The position numbers and the translations under genes are program-made. Shown one piece after another: positions 23,556 through 29,799 of a stretch of 29,799 nucleotides of DNA. The DNA comes from a virus. Taxonomy: Duplodnaviria > Caudoviricetes. Positions within the stretch are counted from its first letter, which is position 1; every line of letters begins with the position of its first letter. The notes under the pieces are model-generated. The model worked only from the letters and a program-made list of their open reading frames with translations, had not been told where the DNA came from and did not search any database. Location of the stretch: the IMG/VR virus record IMGVR_UViG_3300020045_005649, positions 1 to 29,799 of that record; one strand, written 5' to 3'.

Positions 23556-25552
23556 ACGAAAAATATTAAGCTCCCACTAATAGTAAACTCAACTGTAGTA
23601 GCGAATTGAGTTATAGTAAACAATGCAGAAGCAGTTGCAGTTCCTTCACTTTTTACATTCATGTATGTAGTGTTGGCCACTCCTTGTAAATAGGTCTGTG
23701 TAGTTCCTGCGGGCCATGCAGATGTTGTGCAGTCCGCAGTGTATCCATATGCAGTGATTCCGGTATTAACTGTAAAGGGTAACCCTGTTATTCTAGCGTT
23801 CCCGGCTGCTGTTGTATGCGTAGGAGTGGCAATCAATAGAAATCTGGCAATCACCATTCTACCTATTCTAGTAAAGTGACCAGACTGGGTGCCATACACC
23901 ATACTTAGATCTCCAGCAGTATCAAATGTAAAAGCAGGTGTCCAGGTACCTTCATCATAGTAGTTCAAAGCATCTTGTCCAAAGCTCAAACTAGCCACAC
24001 CAGTGACATTATTACTGTCATCTACTATGACACCACTATCTTGAACTAAAAGTCCCGTGGTGGAGTCGTATCGAGCCACAGCGTTATCTGTTGAAGATGC
24101 TGGTCCTTGAACAGGAGCATCATCTATTATTTCTTCCCAATTAGTAACGTCATACGCTATGAATAACTTTCTACTACCAGAACGAATCGTGGTAGCTGTA
24201 TTCACCCCTGCGCCTAAGTTATCACTAGATGCTGGAAAAACCTGAAGGGTATTTGCTCCGTCATTAATAACTAAGCAATATGCCCCTATAGTAGCAGTGG
24301 GGAGGGTAACCGTGTCGTTATTATTAGCTACTGTACTAACCTCGTTAATGTCCCTAGTTAAGGCACCCTGACCTTGTGTTTGAGTCGTACTGGCTGTAAT
24401 TGTACTTGTTACGGTTCTGAGGAACTGAGACAGTCCAACTAACTGTCTCCAGTTGACAGTATCATAAGCTATAAATAAAGCATTTTGGCCAGGAAGAAGG
24501 GTTGTAGAGGTGTTGAGTCCGGCTCCTAAATTGTCCCCCGACTCGGGAAAAATCTGTAATATATTAGCTCCTGCGTTGGCCACTATGCAATGTCGTCCCA
24601 CAATAGCTCCGGGGAGAGTCACTGTGTCATTATTATTCGCCACTGTGGTTACTATATTATAGTCCTTAACTAGAGCGCCTTGACCTTGTGTTTGAGTTGT
24701 GCTGGCAGTTAACGTTGCATTCGTGGTTCTATAGAAACTTGTATTTCCGGTCATCCTAACGCCAGGTTCCGTGTCTCGGAAGTCCATTTGTCTACTGGCT
24801 CCGAAAAAAATTGAGAAGCCATTATTATTAGTTAGAATTCTATGGTTATTGTCTGGGCCGCGTATATAAGGTGTTCCACCGTCACCCCCTATACTGTAGG
24901 TAGTGGGAGACCCAGAAGTCCAATAAATTGCATTTGTGCCTCCAACATCAGCCATCTTTAGGTTACCGTTGAATTGAGTTTCGCCGGTTCCGTTCGGATT
25001 AATAATTAAATTACCATTTGCGTCATTAGTTGTGATAGTGTTGGCATTTAAGTTAATATTATCTACATCTAAATCGCCAGTTATGTCTATACTTCCTGCC
25101 CCATCTGTGACGAAACCGGAATCTCCCTCGAACACTCCGTTATCATTAAACTGGATTTCGGTGTTGTTCCCTCCTGGAGAAGATAAGGCAGCTACACTTC
25201 TCAAAGTCGTCTTTTTAGTTATTCCGCTTTCTGAAATATCAGAAATCATTACTTCATCATCATAGGCTGCTTGGGCATAAGATTGTCCGGAAATATCTAC
25301 GGCTACATCATCAGCATTGACGGCTACTCCAGCTCCTTGTCCTACCGTTAGAGTTACATTCCCCGCCCCTCCTCCGGTTAGGCCGGCTCCGGCAGTAAGG
25401 GACGTTACTCCTTCTGCTGTGGCGTCTGCAATGTCTTCCACTGTGTTAGCAATAAAGGTTCTGAAAAACTCATACCATATAGGACTTAATAGTCCATTTG
25501 AATTAACAAAAGGAACATTAATAGATGGGAGCTTATTTACACTTAATGCCAT
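23552..25552 (-). CDS. Tail needle (gp26-position) protein extended into a long fibre (ORF track start is 25558)
   Basis: N-terminal LPS..VPFV...G.LSPIWYEFF; fibre motifs STDNAVARYD and YDEGTWTP; internal 104-aa duplication. Confidence 0.75.
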   Translation of the reverse strand: MALSVNKLPSINVPFVNSNGLLSPIWYEFFRTFIANTVEDIADATAEGVTSLTAGAGLTGGGAGNVTLTVGQGAGVAVNADDVAVDISGQSYAQAAYDDEVMISDISESGITKKTTLRSVAALSSPGGNNTEIQFNDNGVFEGDSGFVTDGAGSIDITGDLDVDNINLNANTITTNDANGNLIINPNGTGETQFNGNLKMADVGGTNAIYWTSGSPTTYSIGGDGGTPYIRGPDNNHRILTNNNGFSIFFGASRQMDFRDTEPGVRMTGNTSFYRTTNATLTASTTQTQGQGALVKDYNIVTTVANNNDTVTLPGAIVGRHCIVANAGANILQIFPESGDNLGAGLNTSTTLLPGQNALFIAYDTVNWRQLVGLSQFLRTVTSTITASTTQTQGQGALTRDINEVSTVANNNDTVTLPTATIGAYCLVINDGANTLQVFPASSDNLGAGVNTATTIRSGSRKLFIAYDVTNWEEIIDDAPVQGPASSTDNAVARYDSTTGLLVQDSGVIVDDSNNVTGVASLSFGQDALNYYDEGTWTPAFTFDTAGDLSMVYGTQSGHFTRIGRMVIARFLLIATPTHTTAAGNARITGLPFTVNTGITAYGYTADCTTSAWPAGTTQTYLQGVANTTYMNVKSEGTATASALFTITQFATTVEFTISGSLIFFV
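24137..24727 (-). repeat. Tandem domain duplication inside the needle/fibre gene, 312-nt period
   Basis: TASTTQTQGQGAL...VANNNDTVTLP...DNLGAG...LFIAYD..NW occurs twice; anchor CCTTGTGTTTGAGT at 24372 and 24684. Confidence 0.9.
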
Positions 25553-27021
25553 TACCAATTACTCAAAGAGATTCGTCCTACTGCCTGCATAAGGATTACA
25601 TCAATAGGATCAGAAATAGAAAAGCTAATTACCCAGTTACGGGCAGTACCAAGTCCATTGATCATAGCTCTATGGTCGTATTCGCCAATAGTGCCCAATT
25701 CAACAAACTCTTCTGGTTCAAAAGTATTCCCTCCATCTAAGGAGGCTTGGAACATCATTATAGGGTCACTACCTTGTCCTGTAGCTAAGCCAGCCCCCGA
25801 ATTTATATCAAATTCTAGGCTGTAAACAGTTATGTTCTTTAATTCATTATGAAAAACTGGACTTATCCTTTTTAGAAGTCTGATATTTCCATCATCTGTT
25901 GAGACTGAAGAGTCCTCTCTTAATATTTTACCAGAAAACCAGTCACCATACAAGTTATTTCCTTTAAAATATGTATGGCATCTTCCTCGAAACATATCTT
26001 GAGGCTTAGTACCATCATAATCGGGATATGGACGCTGAGATTGTCTTTCATGCCACATATCTGTGGTCACGTCATACACTAAAGTAGTAGCATGAGAAGG
26101 TAAATGGAGATGATAAAATATACGTCCATCAGGGGTAGTTTGAACGAATCCTTCTGCATCCTCATTGATATATGTATTAAGAAACTGAGAAATAACAGGG
26201 GAGGATACTGGATTTAAGGAGAAGTTAGTTCCCAGCAAATAAACCTCTGATCCTCCATTTTTACCTTTTCCTAAAAAGAACACTCCGCCATGCCATACAG
26301 CTATACTATCTCGAGCAGTAAGGCCGTAGTATATAGATGTCCTAGATTGGCGTATAAATGGGGTATCTCCATCGTTAATATATATTTCTATTGTTTCATC
26401 GCCGAAGCAGTAAATTTCTTCTCGGAATGCTTGAACAGCTTTAACTTTATCTGGCTTGAAAGTTGGAGTAAAGAAGTCTAGGCCGCTCCATGAGGTCCCA
26501 CTGTTAAGCCCACTAAAGGACACTCTTCCGTTACTATCTGAAATAATGAAGTACCCGTCAGCGTATGTTAACGTAGTTCCTCTGGGATAATCAATATCTG
26601 TTATTCTGGTTAGGGCGTTTGTCGTTAAAGTGAAGATATAGCCGGCTAAGTGGTCTTGGATCATTAATTCACCATTACCGTTTACTTCCATATATACTTT
26701 TGATTTGGATTCTACAGACATGCCCGTTAAGGCCCCTCTGGACGTGCTGGAGCCATCATAATGAATCTCATATAGGGTAGTGCCCACCACAGCAAAACAA
26801 CGCTCCTGGGTCAATGTATGGGCCGTAAACAACCCTCGTACGGCAGTGCCTGATAAATTAACAAACTGACTTAGACCAGAACGAGGAAGTAAGGCTATTT
26901 GAGTTTTATTTTTTTCTTGACTTTTTTCAGCAGTAATACTTGGGTACCAGTTAATAGTTCGTTGGCTGTTCCAATCTTTATATTTATGGTTGTAAGTTCC
27001 CCCTATTAAATCTATTAGCAT
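25552..27021 (-). CDS. Packaged-DNA stabilisation/tail hub protein (P22 gp10-like)
   Basis: SQRTINWYP, DGYFI, FGDETIE, TLVYDVTTDMWHER, G.GSDP..M.Q.S.DGG.TF, G.IGEY. Confidence 0.85.
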   Translation of the reverse strand: MLIDLIGGTYNHKYKDWNSQRTINWYPSITAEKSQEKNKTQIALLPRSGLSQFVNLSGTAVRGLFTAHTLTQERCFAVVGTTLYEIHYDGSSTSRGALTGMSVESKSKVYMEVNGNGELMIQDHLAGYIFTLTTNALTRITDIDYPRGTTLTYADGYFIISDSNGRVSFSGLNSGTSWSGLDFFTPTFKPDKVKAVQAFREEIYCFGDETIEIYINDGDTPFIRQSRTSIYYGLTARDSIAVWHGGVFFLGKGKNGGSEVYLLGTNFSLNPVSSPVISQFLNTYINEDAEGFVQTTPDGRIFYHLHLPSHATTLVYDVTTDMWHERQSQRPYPDYDGTKPQDMFRGRCHTYFKGNNLYGDWFSGKILREDSSVSTDDGNIRLLKRISPVFHNELKNITVYSLEFDINSGAGLATGQGSDPIMMFQASLDGGNTFEPEEFVELGTIGEYDHRAMINGLGTARNWVISFSISDPIDVILMQAVGRISLSNW

Positions 27022-27962
27022 ATAGGACCTTCAGGTAGCATATAAAGAGGTTCCTCGTCATTATCGAAGTACCTAACTATTTCTTTATATTGTTGGGCTT
27101 TGGCATCTAGGATTTGATATTCTTGGAACCGGCCGTCAGCTAAGGCTAGCTCGGCTGACAGTCCTGCTATTAAAGGTAATGTCCACTCAGAGGGGAAGTC
27201 CATATCATTAGCAGAGGAGTCTACGTCTTCTATAGCTTCATGATATGTAAACTCTATTAATACATCTACGTCGTTAGGTCTGGGGAATATATAAAATACT
27301 CCTGCATCTAGCAGTTTATCATAGTAGTAGTTTAAAGGGCGACCATCTGTAGCTAGGACTGGAATATTGAAGTACTCTTCGTATCCAATCATTTCCATAG
27401 GAATAGAGTTATTATTATTGTTTAAATCTATTGTTCTGGAGTTAAGGATACGCAAAGGTCTGTCGCTTATTTTACTAGTGTATGAAACAATTGTGTTTCC
27501 AGAAGCAGCAGCTCCCGTTAATGCAGCAGCGACCGTTATTTGAGTGGAAGAGTCTACTGAGCTAATAGTAGTCCATTGACGGGTTTTGTCATCAAGTTCA
27601 ATGCCTATATAATCGCTAGCTGTCATGCCAGTACTGCTGGTAACAGATAAAACAGTTTGGGCAGCTGCCTCAGCAGCAGAGAGTGTTGTATTTACGTATG
27701 AGTTTGTACAGTGGTCGCCTGTGTTTGATATAGAATACTGTCTGTCTTGGTAAGTAGTAAAGAGAGTGGCTTGGCGGCGGTTCCAAAGTTGTATGCCTTC
27801 GGCCTGCCACATTTTAATCATACTTTGAAAGATATCTACAGCATAAGATAAATCGGCTCCTCGAGAGGTTTGATTCTTATTGATCATCCCGATTCGCTTC
27901 ATAGCTAGTTTGATGATATCGTCCCTAGTGAGAGAATAGTTGTAACTACCCGATCTAGCCAT
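27015..27962 (-). CDS. Head-to-tail adaptor (P22 gp4 position) with an inserted beta-rich segment
   Basis: RDDIIKLAMKRIG, GRP..YYYD, I.PRP, DFPSEW..PL..GL; synteny. Confidence 0.7.
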   Translation of the reverse strand: MARSGSYNYSLTRDDIIKLAMKRIGMINKNQTSRGADLSYAVDIFQSMIKMWQAEGIQLWNRRQATLFTTYQDRQYSISNTGDHCTNSYVNTTLSAAEAAAQTVLSVTSSTGMTASDYIGIELDDKTRQWTTISSVDSSTQITVAAALTGAAASGNTIVSYTSKISDRPLRILNSRTIDLNNNNNSIPMEMIGYEEYFNIPVLATDGRPLNYYYDKLLDAGVFYIFPRPNDVDVLIEFTYHEAIEDVDSSANDMDFPSEWTLPLIAGLSAELALADGRFQEYQILDAKAQQYKEIVRYFDNDEEPLYMLPEGPIC

Positions 27963-28185
27963 TGAGAAGGTCCTTTAAAATCATCTGTTTTCCTATTTCT
28001 AATAGGCCAAGTAAGTGTTTCCCATCACATTCTATATGATTATGATAACATACACTACCTTTGCAGTCTAAAACGAGGATTGCAGAAGTTGGAACCACAT
28101 GTTTTTCTTCGTCGGTTAAATCTTTAATATAGTCTTCTAATATTTCTATTAAAGTTAAATCTTTCTTAAGTTCTACTAAATTCAT
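27955..28185 (-). CDS. Hypothetical protein
   Basis: 76-aa ORF coupled to its neighbours; LLGLLEIGKQ. Confidence 0.65.
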   Translation of the reverse strand: MNLVELKKDLTLIEILEDYIKDLTDEEKHVVPTSAILVLDCKGSVCYHNHIECDGKHLLGLLEIGKQMILKDLLNG

Positions 28186-28460
28186 TACACACCTATATTG
28201 GTAGTTTCAATATCTATAATAGCTGCCCCGTTAGTTAGAGTAGTGTGGTTAATTCTTGTCCAAGGGACAGCTTTTTCTTCTGGTAATTTATAGGGAATTG
28301 TGCTGGCATCAATAACATCTCTGTCGTTCGGGCAGACAATTAAGCCTCCTCGTCCTGTGTCTCGGGATAACTTCCTAGACTCACTAATATAGCATGGTTG
28401 ACCACAGATGTCGCAGAATAGATAGGGGCCAAGACGGCCTGAAAAATAATGTTTAGCCAT
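28185..28460 (-). CDS. Small Cys-motif protein of podovirus head-completion regions
   Basis: CDICG...GLIVCPND.D. Confidence 0.65.
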   Translation of the reverse strand: MAKHYFSGRLGPYLFCDICGQPCYISESRKLSRDTGRGGLIVCPNDRDVIDASTIPYKLPEEKAVPWTRINHTTLTNGAAIIDIETTNIGV

Positions 28461-28464
28461 ACTA

Positions 28465-28914
28465 TTACCAATTAATAATTGGAAGTTCTGTTAAAAATTC
28501 TTCTAGGGAAATAATAGGCCTAGTTTCTAATCTAACTTTTTCAAATTCTTGAATAGAATACGCCCAAATGTTATCTCTCCATGCCATGAAAAGTTCTGCT
28601 TCCTGTTTCCACTGAGGGACACTACTATTAAAGTAAGAAGAACAAGATAGAGCACTATCATACCCTTTACTTTTTGCAGTATTTTCTAGTAAGTTTTCAA
28701 TTAAAATGATAACTTTCTTTTTTAATTGGGTTAAGATAAAGGCGGGGAGCACTTCAGTTTCATAGGATAAAATTTCTTTTGTGGACGGCCTCGGAATATC
28801 AAGGTCCCAGACATTTATTACAGGTCCATTTCCATCATTTTCATCCACAAAAGAAATTTGACCGTTTAGCCATTCAATTTCATATTTTGTCGAAATAATT
28901 TCAAACACATTCAT
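28465..28914 (-). CDS. Probable fibre-associated chaperone
   Basis: AKSKGYDS..S..SY.NS...W..EA..F.AWRD.IW...LP.I.W; directly follows a fibre gene. Confidence 0.7.
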   Translation of the reverse strand: MNVFEIISTKYEIEWLNGQISFVDENDGNGPVINVWDLDIPRPSTKEILSYETEVLPAFILTQLKKKVIILIENLLENTAKSKGYDSALSCSSYFNSSVPQWKQEAELFMAWRDNIWAYSIQEFEKVRLETRPIISLEEFLTELPIINW

Positions 28915-29799
28915 TTAAGAAAATTCCCAAACTATAATTAAACCTGCTGATCCGTCTCCTCCTGCCAGTCCTGTAGTCGTAGCAGACCCTCCCGAACCAC
29001 CAGAACCATATCCCGAAGCATTATTTCCTGTTCCAGTAGCATTTGTAATAGAGGCAGCTCCTCCACCAAAAACACTTGACCCTCCCGCCCCACTAGAAAG
29101 ACCTCCTAGTACAGCCATGCCCGTTCCTCCTTGAGACCCCCCTCCATTTATATTCCCATTAGACCCCACCCCACTAGCTCCGGCCCCATAAAATGCAGAT
29201 CCTGCTACACTTACTCCTATATTTGCTCCCGCTCCTCCTGATCCGCCAGTAGCTTGAAGAGACGACGCACTAAAAGTTGTAGTACCTCCAGCACTTCCGT
29301 TTCCGCCGCTGGTGTTTCCCCCCGCTCCTCCTGCTCCCACTGTATATGTATAAGTACTACTTGCAGAAGACACATATAATCTAGTGTATCCCCCAGGACC
29401 TCCTCCTCCTCCGGCTGCGAAGGTACTAGCACCTCCTACTGCACCTCCTCCTCCGCCGCCTCCTCCTAGGACTTCAATGAGAATAGAGGAGACATTTGCA
29501 GGTTTAGTATACGTAGCAGCAGTTCCAGAAGTAAAAACTTGGAAGGATCTAATCCCTCCTGTTATTGTGCAGTTAGTTAGAACTCCGGAAGCTGGAGTAC
29601 CCAAAGCAGGAGTCACTAAAGTTGGACTCGTTCCAAATACCAAAGCTCCACTTCCTGTTTCATCAGTTATTACAGAAGCCAGGTTGGCACTAGACGAGGT
29701 AGTTAAGAAGGTTCTCATCCCGGAAGACAGGTCTGCTAAGGCAGCAGCGCCGCTTCCAGTAAAATATGGAACTTTATCTGCAGCACTAGTTAACCCGGC
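28915..29799 (-). CDS. Glycine-rich fibre protein, 5' end outside the window
   Basis: Frame open to the window edge (AGLTSAADKVPYFTGSGAAALADL); TDETGSGALVFGTSPTL; GGGGGG...G.G..GLIIVWEF domain. Confidence 0.8.
   Translation of the reverse strand, partial: AGLTSAADKVPYFTGSGAAALADLSSGMRTFLTTSSSANLASVITDETGSGALVFGTSPTLVTPALGTPASGVLTNCTITGGIRSFQVFTSGTAATYTKPANVSSILIEVLGGGGGGGGAVGGASTFAAGGGGGPGGYTRLYVSSASSTYTYTVGAGGAGGNTSGGNGSAGGTTTFSASSLQATGGSGGAGANIGVSVAGSAFYGAGASGVGSNGNINGGGSQGGTGMAVLGGLSSGAGGSSVFGGGAASITNATGTGNNASGYGSGGSGGSATTTGLAGGDGSAGLIIVWEFS

Larger units (their letters stand above)
1..29799. mobile_element. Tailed bacteriophage (podovirus-like) genome segment; free phage or prophage not distinguishable here
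   Basis: Dense overlapping ORFs in two convergent arms; phage-type PolA, SSB and nucleases on +; P22-like tail hub, ejection proteins and fibres on -; no integrase or att site in the window. Confidence 0.95.

Noticed and set aside
14821-29432. Short ORFs at 14821, 15552, 16587, 19835, 20983, 21921, 25032, 25317, 25525, 26290 and 29217
   Set aside because: Antisense or alternate-frame shadows of structural genes
1-29799. tRNA, rRNA or self-splicing introns and inteins
   Set aside because: Intergenic gaps are short, no cloverleaf was seen, and PolA and PrkA are uninterrupted; a covariance-model search was not possible

Overview
An AT-rich stretch of a tailed dsDNA phage (podovirus-type) genome, with no host housekeeping context, rRNA, tRNA or CRISPR array recognised. 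Two arms converge near 14,660. The + arm (1-14,647) carries early, replication and host-takeover genes: a Fis-like HTH tail, two duplicated DUF4116-repeat genes, a ClpX-like AAA+ ATPase, a T7 gp2.5-like SSB, a family A DNA polymerase with a deviant motif B, three adjacent broken genes (YqaJ-like nuclease, M48 peptidase remnant, small hypothetical), YopX, nucleotide-metabolism genes, a complete prkA(yeaG)-yeaH-spoVR(ycgB) operon, a resolvase-like nuclease and a metallophosphoesterase. The - arm (14,673-29,799) is a P22-like tail and ejection module in P22 gene order (gp4, gp10, gp26, gp14, gp7, gp20, gp16, tailspike), plus a lysozyme, extra fibres, chaperones and a second phosphoesterase. The main findings are (1) the intact phage-borne PrkA-YeaH-SpoVR triad alongside other host-regulator homologues, and (2) a 76-bp promoter+leader+RBS cassette present twice in inverted orientation 14.9 kb apart. 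One copy drives a counter-oriented L,D-transpeptidase gene. The other has no gene and points antisense into the ejection genes. All family calls come from motif recognition by eye; no database search was run.
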